Shown: piece by piece, positions 10,433 through 19,697 of the stretch
Layout: every line of letters starts with the position of its first letter
Numbering within the stretch: position 1 is the stretch's first letter
Origin: Candidatus Cryptoclostridium obscurum
GTDB taxonomy: Bacteria; Bacillota; Dehalobacteriia; UBA7702
Assembly (NCBI GenBank): GCA_904420535.1
Contig: CAJFVQ010000083.1
Span: 33,537 to 97,536, forward strand
DNA: 64,000 bases
Direction: 5' to 3'
Notes under the pieces: model-generated
The model's database searches: none
Seen by the model: only the letters and a program-made list of their open reading frames with translations
Told to the model about the DNA's origin: nothing
Program-made: the position numbers and the translations under genes

Positions 10433-12412
10433 ATGATAGGAACGAAATTTATGGGACGATATGAAATCGTTTCCAAATTGGGCAGCGGTGGAATGGCTGT
10501 GGTTTATAAAGCGATGGATACGGTTCTCAATCGTATGGTAACCGTAAAAATTATGCAGGAACAGCTTTCCTCGAATCAGCAATTTGTGGTTCGTTTTCGA
10601 AAAGAGGCACAAGCAGTTGCCGCTTTGTCGCATCCCAATATTGTGAAAGTTTATGATGTGGGACGCAGTGAAGAAGGACAACATTATTTAATTATGGAGT
10701 ATGTGGAAGGTCGCACTTTAAAAGAAGTTATTCAAAAAAATGGCTCTCTTTCTGTTTCTGCTGCATTGGATTATGTGAATCAGATTTTAGCAGGCCTGCG
10801 TCATGCCCACTCCTATGGCGTCATTCATCGTGATATCAAGCCACAAAATATTATGGTAACCCCGAACAATCAGGTTAAAATTATGGATTTCGGTTTGGCA
10901 ATGAACCTTTCCGATTCTACCATGACTTATGACTCTACAGTCTTTGGATCCGTTTATTATATCGCGCCGGAAATCGCTCAAAAAGGGACCGGCGATGCTC
11001 GTGCCGATATTTATTCCACGGGAATCGTGCTTTATGAAATGCTCACCGGTGAATTGCCCTTTTCCGGCGACAGTCCTATCACCATCGCTTTACAACATGT
11101 GGAAGGAAACTATACTCCTGCCGATGAAATAGATGATGACATTCCCTACGAAGTGGCGCGTATTGTTGATAAAGCTATGGCTGTAGATCCGGAAGAGCGG
11201 TATCATAGCGTTAAATCCATGATGCGCGATATTGAGCGGGCTGCTGCCCAGCATGGCATTCATTTATCCAGTGTTTCTGTGGATGAAGGAAGCGAAGCAA
11301 TGCGCACTGCGGCATTGGGAAATACCGCAATGGTTGCAGAATCTCGCAGAAGACAGCAAGACTACGATTTTGATAATGACGATGACTTTGACGATGAAGA
11401 GGAAGATCGGCATAGCAAGCGTCGTTCAAAAAATAAAAACAATTCTTCCCGTAGTGCCAAGGCAACGGCGGCCAGAAAAAAGAGGAATAAAAAAATTGCA
11501 ATTATTGTAATTATTGGCGTTTTGCTTTTGTCTGCGGGCATTTTTGCTGGAGTTCGCGCCTTCACCAATACCGGAGAAGAAGTAGAAGTTCCGATGGTGG
11601 AAGGAGAACAAGTTGACAGAGCGTGTGAAATGTTAGATGAATTGGGACTCAAATACAATCTCATTCCCACCGAGAGTGATGAAGTGGAAGTGGATTATAT
11701 TATTTCCCAGAGCATCAAAGCCGGCCAAAAAGTGAAAGTCGGTCGTGAAATTGACTTGGCAGTCAGCACCGGCAGCGAAACCGTGGAAGTCCCCGATGTT
11801 GTCGGAGATTCCGAAAGCAGAGCCACCAGAACGCTGGAAAACAGCGGTTTTCAAGTAGAAGTGGAGGAAGAGGCCTCTGATTCGGTCGATGAAGGCGATG
11901 TCATTCGACAGGATCCCGAAGGCGGTGAGAAAGCCGCAAAAAATGCTACTGTTACTATTGTAGTGAGCACAGGGCCGGAGACGCCGGAAACTGAGACTGT
12001 GACGGTTCCAGATGTGACGGGCCTTACTTTGGAAGATGCGAAAAGGCAGTTGGAAGCAAAAGGCCTCAAATGCGGCAGTGTTACGGAGAATTATACTTCG
12101 GAAGCTGCTGCCGGATACGTTTATTATCAGAGTATCAACGCAGGTACCACAGTAGAAGAAGGAACTTCCGTTAACCTTACGGTAAGTAAGGGTAGTGCAA
12201 ATCGAACATATAATTATTCTTACGTTGTGCCAGAAGAGTATGATGGCGGTCTGCTCATCATTCGTTGCGAAGATGAACGAGGGACTACGGAATACTATCA
12301 TGATACTTGCAGCGCAGGTCAAACCATTCGTGTAACCATCGATGTAACGCCGCCGGCAAGAATTATCACTACCATTGATGGTCGAGAAGTTGACAGCGAG
12401 ACGGTGGATTGA
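10433..12412 (+). CDS. prkC: Ser/Thr protein kinase with three extracellular PASTA domains
   Basis: Hanks kinase motifs (GSGGMAVVYKA, HRDIKPQN, DFG, APE). K/R-rich linker. TM segment. Three PASTA-like repeats. Confidence 0.9.
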   Translation: MIGTKFMGRYEIVSKLGSGGMAVVYKAMDTVLNRMVTVKIMQEQLSSNQQFVVRFRKEAQAVAALSHPNIVKVYDVGRSEEGQHYLIMEYVEGRTLKEVIQKNGSLSVSAALDYVNQILAGLRHAHSYGVIHRDIKPQNIMVTPNNQVKIMDFGLAMNLSDSTMTYDSTVFGSVYYIAPEIAQKGTGDARADIYSTGIVLYEMLTGELPFSGDSPITIALQHVEGNYTPADEIDDDIPYEVARIVDKAMAVDPEERYHSVKSMMRDIERAAAQHGIHLSSVSVDEGSEAMRTAALGNTAMVAESRRRQQDYDFDNDDDFDDEEEDRHSKRRSKNKNNSSRSAKATAARKKRNKKIAIIVIIGVLLLSAGIFAGVRAFTNTGEEVEVPMVEGEQVDRACEMLDELGLKYNLIPTESDEVEVDYIISQSIKAGQKVKVGREIDLAVSTGSETVEVPDVVGDSESRATRTLENSGFQVEVEEEASDSVDEGDVIRQDPEGGEKAAKNATVTIVVSTGPETPETETVTVPDVTGLTLEDAKRQLEAKGLKCGSVTENYTSEAAAGYVYYQSINAGTTVEEGTSVNLTVSKGSANRTYNYSYVVPEEYDGGLLIIRCEDERGTTEYYHDTCSAGQTIRVTIDVTPPARIITTIDGREVDSETVD

Positions 12413-12415
12413 TTT

Positions 12416-13303
12416 ATGACTTTGAAAGGTTTACTGATCAAAGGTTATAACGGATTTTATTACGTGGAAACGGAAGGCCGCATTTGGAGCTGTTCCTTGC
12501 GAGGACGGTTTCGCATTAAGAAACAACGGTTTTTGCCTGGTGACCGTGTGAAATTTACCGTTATTGATCCTGATAAGGGGTGCGGTGTAATCGAAGAACT
12601 TTTTCCGCGGCAAAATGAGTTGATTCGCCCGCCTGTGGCCAACGTCGATAAGGTTGTGATAACCTTTGCCCTGCATAATCCAAAGCCAGACTTGCTTCTT
12701 TTGGATCGTATATTGATCCAAGTTCTGCAAGCGGGAATTGAGCCCCTCATTTGTTTCAACAAAGCGGATCTGGTAACAGAGGGGGAATGTGATGCCATAC
12801 TTTCTCCTTACGTTTTTGCAGGTTACGATGTGATCGCTGTATCGGCATACAGTCGACAAGGGATTGATAAACTGAAGTTGGCAATCCACGGCAATCTTAT
12901 TGTTATGGCAGGTCCTTCTGGTGCCGGAAAAAGTAGTATACTTAATGCCATCGATGAAAGATTCCATTTGGCGACGGGAGAATTGAGTAAAAAAGTGGAG
13001 CGCGGCAAACATACGACTCGTCGTGTAGAGTTGTTACCTTTGGAGAAAGGAACTTATTTGGCGGATACCCCTGGATTTTCCAGTTTGTTTCTTCCCGACA
13101 AAATAGAACGTTCCGATTTACAAAAATTCTATCCGGAATTCGCGGTTTTTGCTCAGGATTGCCCGTATACATCTTGCCTTCATGATCGAGAAAGGGATTG
13201 CGGCGTTAAAAATGCTGTTACTCAGGGTAGTATTGACGCGGGACGATATGAACGGTATTGCCTGTTTCTGGAAGAGTTAAAGGAGAGAGAAGGGAAATAT
13301 TGA
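12416..13303 (+). CDS. rsgA: Ribosome small-subunit-dependent GTPase A
   Basis: OB fold followed by circularly permuted GTPase (AGPSGAGKSS). C-terminal Zn-binding Cys/His cluster. Confidence 0.9.
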   Translation: MTLKGLLIKGYNGFYYVETEGRIWSCSLRGRFRIKKQRFLPGDRVKFTVIDPDKGCGVIEELFPRQNELIRPPVANVDKVVITFALHNPKPDLLLLDRILIQVLQAGIEPLICFNKADLVTEGECDAILSPYVFAGYDVIAVSAYSRQGIDKLKLAIHGNLIVMAGPSGAGKSSILNAIDERFHLATGELSKKVERGKHTTRRVELLPLEKGTYLADTPGFSSLFLPDKIERSDLQKFYPEFAVFAQDCPYTSCLHDRERDCGVKNAVTQGSIDAGRYERYCLFLEELKEREGKY

Positions 13304-13953
13304 TGACTATTATAGCGCCATCACTTTTATCTGCGGATTTTAGTCGGTTAAAAGACGAAACGGAAATGGTAGAAAAAGCTGGAGCCCAATGGCTTCATCT
13401 TGACATTATGGACTATCATTTTGTACCGAACCTTACCTTCGGCGCAGGAGTTGTGAAATCTCTTCGTCCACATTCCAATATGGTGTTTGACGCCCACTTG
13501 ATGGTAGAAGATCCGGAAAAATATATCCCGGATTTCCAAAAAGCAGGTACGGAATATTTGACATTCCATTATGAAGCCGTCTCTCATTGCGATCAAGTGA
13601 TTCAAGAGATTAAAAAGCATGATATGAAAGCCGGCATTTCTGTAAAACCAAAAACTGATGTTACGGTTTTAGAGCCTTTTCTGGAATATTTGGATTTAGT
13701 TCTTGTGATGAGTGTGGAACCGGGGTTTGGCGGACAAAAATTTATGGTTGACATGTTGCAGAAAGTACAATGGTTAAAGGAACAGAAAGCACAAGAAAAG
13801 GGAAATTTCTTGATTGAAATTGACGGTGGCATTAATCGTTCCACTGCTGTAGAAGCAGTGAAAGCCGGTGCAGAAGTGCTCGTGGCGGGAACCGCGGTTT
13901 TTGGCGCGGCATCGCCGAAAGAAGAGATTTCTTATTATTTAAAATTATCCTGA
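13303..13953 (+). CDS. rpe: Ribulose-phosphate 3-epimerase
   Basis: MTIIAPSLLSADF... and HLDIMDYHFVPNLTFG. The start overlaps the rsgA stop (TGATG). Confidence 0.9.
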   Translation: MTIIAPSLLSADFSRLKDETEMVEKAGAQWLHLDIMDYHFVPNLTFGAGVVKSLRPHSNMVFDAHLMVEDPEKYIPDFQKAGTEYLTFHYEAVSHCDQVIQEIKKHDMKAGISVKPKTDVTVLEPFLEYLDLVLVMSVEPGFGGQKFMVDMLQKVQWLKEQKAQEKGNFLIEIDGGINRSTAVEAVKAGAEVLVAGTAVFGAASPKEEISYYLKLS

Positions 13954-13961
13954 TATGGTTC

Positions 13962-13989
13962 TTTACAAACAGAAATTAAATGCTATAAT
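13962..13989 (+). promoter_or_regulatory. Sigma-70 type promoter for the rib leader
   Basis: TTTACA, 16 nt spacer, then extended -10 TGcTATAAT. Confidence 0.45.
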
Positions 13990-13999
13990 AGATTATAAT

Positions 14000-14132
14000 A
14001 AAATAGATTTCTTCGGGGACGGTTGAATTCCGTACCGGCGGTAAAGCCCGCGAGCCCATTGGGGTTGATTCGGTGAAATTCCGAAGCCGACAGTGACAGT
14101 CTGGATGAAAGAAGAATGATGATGTGATCATT
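14000..14132 (+). promoter_or_regulatory. FMN riboswitch (RFN element)
   Basis: Conserved RFN segments are all present: CTTCGGGGACGGTTGAATTCCGTACCGGCGGTAAAGCCCGCGAGCC ... GGTGAAATTCCGAAGCCGACAGTGACAGTCTGGATGAAAGAAGAATGAT. It lies upstream of ribD. Confidence 0.85.
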
Positions 14133-14137
14133 TTGAT

Positions 14138-14166
14138 AAGCCCCGATTTTCGGGGCTTATTTTTAT
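14138..14166 (+). terminator. Intrinsic terminator forming the FMN riboswitch expression platform
   Basis: aagccccg / atttt / cggggctt followed by attttta. Confidence 0.6.
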
Positions 14167-14180
14167 GGAGTGTGATATCG

Positions 14181-15329
14181 ATGCAAGTAGAAGAAGAGAA
14201 ATTGCATGAATCATTTATGCGTCGCGCGCTGCATTTGGCGGAAAAATCCAAAGGGTTTACCGCTCCGAATCCTATGGTCGGCGCAGTAATTGTCAAAGAC
14301 GGAAAAATTGTTGGTGAAGGATACCATCGGCGGGCAGGAGAAAATCATGCCGAGGTCAATGCCCTGCATCGTGCCGGGATTTATGCCCAAGGCGCTACAG
14401 TTTATGTAACGTTAGAGCCCTGCTCCCATTATGGGAAAACGCCTCCCTGTGCCGATGCTTTAATTCGTGCAGGAGTAAAAGAGGTCTATATTGCGATAAC
14501 GGATCCCAATCCCAAGGTCAACGGCGGCGGTATCAAGAAACTGGAAGATGCCGGAATCCCTGTTCATGTCGGGCTTTGCGGGAAAGATGCATTTTATCTG
14601 AATGAAGTGTTTTTTACCAATCAAAAGGAAAAACGCGCCTTTATTGCTTTAAAAAGCGCCCAAAGTATCGATGGAAAGATCGGTCCCGAAGATGGTTTGC
14701 CGATTTCGATCACTTCGGAGTTGTCGAGAAAATACTGTCATATGCTGCGTCGGCAGTATGGCGCTGTTCTTGTGGGGATCAATACCATCTTAAAAGATGA
14801 TCCACGGCTGAATATTCGCTACGATATTCCTCATGATAAAAATAAGCCGATTCGTATTATCATTGATTCTGAAATGCGAATTCCTCTCAACGCGAAAGTC
14901 CTTGACGTTCATGACGGACCGATTTTAATCTATACGGCTGCGAATCTCTCCAGAAGCTTACGCGGGAGAATTGAGAGTAAAGGTGTGGAAGTTGTGGATC
15001 TTCCCGATGAAAATGGTCGCGTGGATTTGGCAAAACTGCCTGTTGACCTCTATGAACGTGGCATTTGCAGCGTATTAGTGGAAGGCGGTTCTCAGATTCT
15101 TACCAGTTTTTTCCACCAAGGAAATTGGGACCGCTATTACTCATTTACTGCGCCGGTGCTCATTGGTAACCAGGGAATTCCCGTTTTTGGCACCTGTGAT
15201 CGACCGCCGTTAGAAAATTTGGTAAGAGACCAGGCAAAAATGATTGATAAAGATATTTTAGTCGAATATCTCAGAAAGGATGGATTTGATCGATGTTTAC
15301 CGGAATTATTGAAGAAAAGGGAATCGTAA
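14181..15329 (+). CDS. ribD: Bifunctional riboflavin biosynthesis deaminase/reductase
   Basis: CMP/dCMP deaminase Zn motif (HAEVNAL, PCSHYGKTPPC). C-terminal reductase domain. The start is taken at the ATG after the riboswitch terminator. Confidence 0.85.
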   Translation: MQVEEEKLHESFMRRALHLAEKSKGFTAPNPMVGAVIVKDGKIVGEGYHRRAGENHAEVNALHRAGIYAQGATVYVTLEPCSHYGKTPPCADALIRAGVKEVYIAITDPNPKVNGGGIKKLEDAGIPVHVGLCGKDAFYLNEVFFTNQKEKRAFIALKSAQSIDGKIGPEDGLPISITSELSRKYCHMLRRQYGAVLVGINTILKDDPRLNIRYDIPHDKNKPIRIIIDSEMRIPLNAKVLDVHDGPILIYTAANLSRSLRGRIESKGVEVVDLPDENGRVDLAKLPVDLYERGICSVLVEGGSQILTSFFHQGNWDRYYSFTAPVLIGNQGIPVFGTCDRPPLENLVRDQAKMIDKDILVEYLRKDGFDRCLPELLKKRES

Positions 15330-15943
15330 AATCCATTACCCTGCGAGGCGAAAGTGGCTTTTTGGAGATACAGTGTCAGAAAGTCCTTGAAGATACTAAA
15401 TTGGGAGACAGCATTGCCGTGAATGGCGCTTGTCTCACAGTAACCAGTTTGGAGCAGGACGCTTTCACAGCCGATGTTATGGCAGAAACCTTACGCCGTA
15501 CTTCGTTGAAAGAGTTGAAGAAGGGCTCTTTTGTCAATTTGGAACGCGCATTGCAGATAGGACACCGACTGGGGGGCCATATGGTAAGCGGTCACGTGGA
15601 TGGTATTGGTATCATTCGTAAATTGGAACCGCAAGGCATTGCCATGGTCATGACCATCAGTACCAAGAGCAGCATTACGGAAGGAATTATTGAAAAAGGT
15701 TCTGTTGCCATTGATGGTATTAGTCTTACAGTAGTGTCGGTGGAGGAAGAAGCCTTTTCTGTTTCCTTAATACCCCATACGATACAAGAAACCAATTTGG
15801 CTCATAAAAAACCTGGTAGCACCGTTAATTTAGAAACTGACATGATCGGCAAGTATGTAAAAAAATTTTTAACCTCTGAGACCCGTGATAGCGATTCCTC
15901 AATCACCATGGATCTCCTTGCAGAAAACGGATTTCTACTATAA
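15293..15943 (+). CDS. ribE: Riboflavin synthase (alpha subunit)
   Basis: MFTGIIEE... with duplicated lumazine-binding repeats. Confidence 0.85.
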   Translation: MFTGIIEEKGIVKSITLRGESGFLEIQCQKVLEDTKLGDSIAVNGACLTVTSLEQDAFTADVMAETLRRTSLKELKKGSFVNLERALQIGHRLGGHMVSGHVDGIGIIRKLEPQGIAMVMTISTKSSITEGIIEKGSVAIDGISLTVVSVEEEAFSVSLIPHTIQETNLAHKKPGSTVNLETDMIGKYVKKFLTSETRDSDSSITMDLLAENGFLL

Positions 15944-15958
15944 GAAGGAGGAATGATA

Positions 15959-17176
15959 ATGAGTTTTTGTACCATTGAAGAAGCAATTTCCGACTTAAAA
16001 CAAGGAAAAATCGTCATTGTCGTTGACGATCCCGATCGTGAAAATGAAGGCGACCTTATTTGTGCGGGTGAATTTGCCACAACGGAAAACGTTAATTTTA
16101 TGGCCAGCTATGGCAAAGGTTTGATCTGTATGCCAATGAGCAGTGCAAATATCCATCGTCTCGGCTTGCGTCAAATGGTGGAACACAATACCGACAACCA
16201 TGAAACGGCTTTTACAGAAAGTATCGACCATGTTTCAACCACTACGGGAATTTCTGCAGTGGAGCGGTCGGTTACTGCCATGAAAGCAACAGAAGATGGG
16301 GCCCGCCCTGCCGATTTCCGTCGCCCTGGCCATATGTTTCCATTGGAGGCAAAATCCGGCGGTGTATTGATGCGTAACGGCCATACGGAAGCGACTGTGG
16401 ACTTGATGCGTTTGGCAGGATTAAAGGAGATTGGTCTTTGTTGCGAAATTATGCGCGATGACGGAACTATGATGAGAACCACAGAACTTATGGAATTTGC
16501 CGAAAAACATGGTTTGAAGATCACATCCATCAAGGCACTACAATCTTACCGAAAAATGTATGATAAATTTATGGTACGAGTCACTTCCTCGCATCTGCCC
16601 ACCAAATATGGTAAATTTATGCTTCACGGTTATGTGAATACTATCACACAAAAGCATCATGTGGCTCTTGTCATGGGGGATGTTGCCGATGGAAATCCTG
16701 TTTTATGCCGTGTTCACTCTGAGTGTCTTACCGGCGATGTCTTCGGTTCCTGTCGTTGTGACTGTGGCTTGCAGTTAGATTCCGCAATGCGCCAAATCGC
16801 CAAGGAAGGCCGAGGCATTCTTGTTTATCTTCGTCAGGAAGGTCGCGGCATTGGTTTGATCAATAAATTAAAGGCCTATGAACTTCAGGAAAAAGGTCTC
16901 GATACCGTTGAGGCGAATATTCAATTGGGATTTGCTCCAGACCTCAGGGATTATAGTGAGGGAAGCCAAATTTTAAAGGATCTTGGCGCAACGAAGTTGC
17001 GTTTACTAACCAATAATCCCACAAAAATTTCGGGTCTTTCCGATTATGGTATTGAGATCGTGGAACGAGTCAGCACGGAAATGCCGACAAATCCTTATAA
17101 TGAGTTTTATATGGAAACCAAAAAAGAAAAAATGGGCCACTTGTTAGAGCATGTCGAAGGACATCATCATAATTGA
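15959..17176 (+). CDS. ribBA: Bifunctional 3,4-dihydroxy-2-butanone-4-phosphate synthase / GTP cyclohydrolase II
   Basis: DHBP synthase N-terminal half. GTP cyclohydrolase II C-terminal half with CxxC..C Zn site (CRCDCG). RBS AAGGAGG 8 nt upstream of the ATG at 15959. Confidence 0.9.
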   Translation: MSFCTIEEAISDLKQGKIVIVVDDPDRENEGDLICAGEFATTENVNFMASYGKGLICMPMSSANIHRLGLRQMVEHNTDNHETAFTESIDHVSTTTGISAVERSVTAMKATEDGARPADFRRPGHMFPLEAKSGGVLMRNGHTEATVDLMRLAGLKEIGLCCEIMRDDGTMMRTTELMEFAEKHGLKITSIKALQSYRKMYDKFMVRVTSSHLPTKYGKFMLHGYVNTITQKHHVALVMGDVADGNPVLCRVHSECLTGDVFGSCRCDCGLQLDSAMRQIAKEGRGILVYLRQEGRGIGLINKLKAYELQEKGLDTVEANIQLGFAPDLRDYSEGSQILKDLGATKLRLLTNNPTKISGLSDYGIEIVERVSTEMPTNPYNEFYMETKKEKMGHLLEHVEGHHHN

Positions 17177-17194
17177 GAAAGGAATGTGTTTTGA

Positions 17195-17653
17195 ATGAAA
17201 AAAATTGAAGCGCAATTGAATGGAAACGGATTGAAAGTAGCAATTGTGGCAGCGCGTTTTAATGAATTTATTACTGGGCGCTTAATTGAAGGGGCAGAGG
17301 ATGGTCTTGTGCGGCATGGAGTTGATACTGATGATATTACATTGTACCGTGTCCCCGGTGCTTTTGAAATCCCAATGATGGCACAAAAGGTCGCATCCAC
17401 TGAAGTAGATGTGGTGATTTGCCTTGGTGCTGTGATCCGAGGCAACACACCTCACTTTGATTATGTTGCAGCGGAAGTTTCCAAAGGGTGTGCAAATGTA
17501 AGCTTGGAGTGCGGAAAACCTGTAATCTTCGGCGTATTAACTACTGATACCATTGAACAAGCCATTGAACGTGCTGGCACCAAAGCGGGAAATAAAGGTT
17601 ATGACGCCGCTGTGAGTGCCATTGAAATGGCGAATCTGGTGAGTATGATCTGA
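17195..17653 (+). CDS. ribH: 6,7-dimethyl-8-ribityllumazine synthase
   Basis: About 152 aa, lumazine synthase fold (VPGAFEIP). Confidence 0.9.
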   Translation: MKKIEAQLNGNGLKVAIVAARFNEFITGRLIEGAEDGLVRHGVDTDDITLYRVPGAFEIPMMAQKVASTEVDVVICLGAVIRGNTPHFDYVAAEVSKGCANVSLECGKPVIFGVLTTDTIEQAIERAGTKAGNKGYDAAVSAIEMANLVSMI

Positions 17654-18285
17654 TGAAACGATGTGTTTTAATCTGCAATGGTTCCTTAAAAGATCTCCGG
17701 TTTCACCGTGATCAAATGAAAAATGATGACTTTATCATTGCCGTTGACGGCGGTGCAAACCATTGCCACCGCATGGGAATAACACCCAATTTAATGTTGG
17801 GGGATTTTGATTCCATTGATAAAAGCACCATGGAGTCTTTTGCTGAAGTTCCCAGAATTACGGTTCCTGCGGAAAAAGATTTTACAGATATTATTTTAGG
17901 AATTGAGGAAGCAAAGAAACGAAATTATAAAGATATTTTGATTTTAGGTGCCCTTGGTGGGAAAAGAATCGACATGGAAATCAGCAATTTATTATTGCTT
18001 TCTCGTTATCGGGAATTCATTGAAATCGCAGACGACGTCAGCTCTGTTCGTTGTGTCAGAGCAGGGGAATCCATTGAAGTCTCCCACCGACAAGATCAAT
18101 ACCTTTCCATTATCCCTTTGTCCCCTCTGGTGAAAACAGGTAAAAGTTATGGACTAAAGTATCCTTTGGAGGGTTTGGAATTTTCTTTCGGTACAACCTG
18201 TGGCATCAGCAATGAAATTATTTCTGAGACTGCGGAATTAACAATACTGGAAGGTGAAATCCTACTGATTTGTCAGAAAAAATAA
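17653..18285 (+). CDS. thiN: Thiamine pyrophosphokinase
   Basis: ICNGSL...DFIIAVDGGANH...GDFDSI signature. The start overlaps the ribH stop. Confidence 0.8.
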   Translation: MKRCVLICNGSLKDLRFHRDQMKNDDFIIAVDGGANHCHRMGITPNLMLGDFDSIDKSTMESFAEVPRITVPAEKDFTDIILGIEEAKKRNYKDILILGALGGKRIDMEISNLLLLSRYREFIEIADDVSSVRCVRAGESIEVSHRQDQYLSIIPLSPLVKTGKSYGLKYPLEGLEFSFGTTCGISNEIISETAELTILEGEILLICQKK

Positions 18286-18347
18286 TCGATATATGGCAGG
18301 ATATGTGGATAAAAGGTCGTATTTATAATTCATTCAGGAAGTTAAAT

Positions 18348-18929
18348 ATGAATAAAAAAGATGAGTTTATAAATGTTTATAAAAATAATATCCGCAGAGA
18401 CGGCGCGGAGCAGTTGCTAGATTTTTTGGAGCATAAATGTGATTTTTTCATTGCTCCGGCTAGTGCCAGATTTCATCTGTCTCACGAAGGGGGCCTTGTA
18501 ACCCACAGCCTTAACGTCTATTATTGTTTAAAGGCATATATGGAGCGTGCAAGGGTACGAGAGGAATATGGTCTCACTGCAAGTGATGAAACCATTGCCA
18601 TTGTATCTTTGCTCCATGATCTTTGTAAAATCGACTGCTACCGACCTGGTTTTCGCAACGTGAAAGATGACAATGGAATCTGGCAACGGGTGCCCTCTTA
18701 TGATTATGTGGATTCTATGCCCTACGGCCATGGGGAGAAATCAGTCTATATTATCAGTGGATTCATGCGGCTAACTAGGGAAGAGGCTTTTGCCATCCGT
18801 TATCATATGGGATTTTCTGGCACAGAAGACCCTCGCAATGTTGGTGACAGTTTTCGCCGTTTCCCTTTGGCTTTTGCTTTATCCACTGCGGATATGGAGG
18901 CTACTTACTTTTTGGAGAACAATGACTAA
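18348..18929 (+). CDS. HD-domain phosphohydrolase. The start is uncertain: an alternative ATG at 18270 overlaps thiN.
   Basis: H..H.EGGL..HSL and LLHDL motifs typical of the HD superfamily. Confidence 0.6.
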   Translation: MNKKDEFINVYKNNIRRDGAEQLLDFLEHKCDFFIAPASARFHLSHEGGLVTHSLNVYYCLKAYMERARVREEYGLTASDETIAIVSLLHDLCKIDCYRPGFRNVKDDNGIWQRVPSYDYVDSMPYGHGEKSVYIISGFMRLTREEAFAIRYHMGFSGTEDPRNVGDSFRRFPLAFALSTADMEATYFLENND

Positions 18930-18944
18930 GAGAAGGAATGTATT

Positions 18945-19508
18945 ATGAAATACGGACATGGAGTGGGATACTCCGCAAACTTTAAATTACCGGAATATCG
19001 TATCGGGCCTGGAATGCTGGGAAAAATTCCTCCCAATTTACCGATTGCCTCAAGTGTACTGGTTTGGATTATCATGGTCTTATTGGGACTTTTCCGCGTA
19101 ATATCCTGGGGGAACATTTTCATTTTCGGCGGTGCCGTCGGGATTGTGGCCTCGGTTTTATCAATCTTATCTACTTATGCGCGGAAAAGATCTGCGCCAA
19201 AACCCGATCGTGAGGGAATTTTGAAAAAGAAAGTCATTGTGAAGAGCAAAGCAAAGGGGATCATGAAATATCGACTGGTCTTTGAGTTTTCCAATGGCGC
19301 GGAATATAATCTGGAACTGAATGTTGATGAAGAACCGATTTTTCAGTATTATGAACCAGGTGATAAAGTTTGCTTCCATGACGGTTATACTTATCCGGAA
19401 AAGTATGAAAAACTTTTTGATGACCGTGTTGTTTGCATCTCTTGTGGGAGGCTTTATCCTACGGAAATCAGTCACTGCCGCCAATGCCAATTAACGTTGC
19501 TAAAATAG
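18945..19508 (+). CDS. Membrane protein: two TM helices, a DUF2500-like beta domain and a C-terminal Cys4 zinc ribbon
   Basis: Hydrophobic segments, then YRLVFEFSNGAEYNLEL..EPGDKV (resembles DUF2500), then CISCG...CRQC. Confidence 0.55.
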   Translation: MKYGHGVGYSANFKLPEYRIGPGMLGKIPPNLPIASSVLVWIIMVLLGLFRVISWGNIFIFGGAVGIVASVLSILSTYARKRSAPKPDREGILKKKVIVKSKAKGIMKYRLVFEFSNGAEYNLELNVDEEPIFQYYEPGDKVCFHDGYTYPEKYEKLFDDRVVCISCGRLYPTEISHCRQCQLTLLK

Positions 19509-19525
19509 AATCATGATTTTAACAC

Positions 19526-19560
19526 AAAAACCCGTGTTCATACAGAACCGGGTTTTTTCT
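19526..19560 (+). terminator. Rho-independent terminator
   Basis: aaaaacccg / loop / cgggtttttt. Confidence 0.6.
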
Positions 19561-19697
19561 TCATTTTTATGAAAAAAGATTTACAAATCGACAAAAGATG
19601 TTATAATTATAAATTAACTGCTAAGTAAAGGAGGTTGGTAAATAAGCTTTGTGGTTTTATGCCGCAAAGGGGAAATTATATTGAAAGGGGTTCAACA

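Noticed and set aside
10220-13012. Long antisense ORFs inside prpC/prkC/rsgA: 10220-10684(-), 11633-12322(-) and 12431-13012(-)
   Set aside because: They are fully embedded opposite well-supported conserved genes. They have no RBS and low-complexity translations. This is typical spurious antisense framing.
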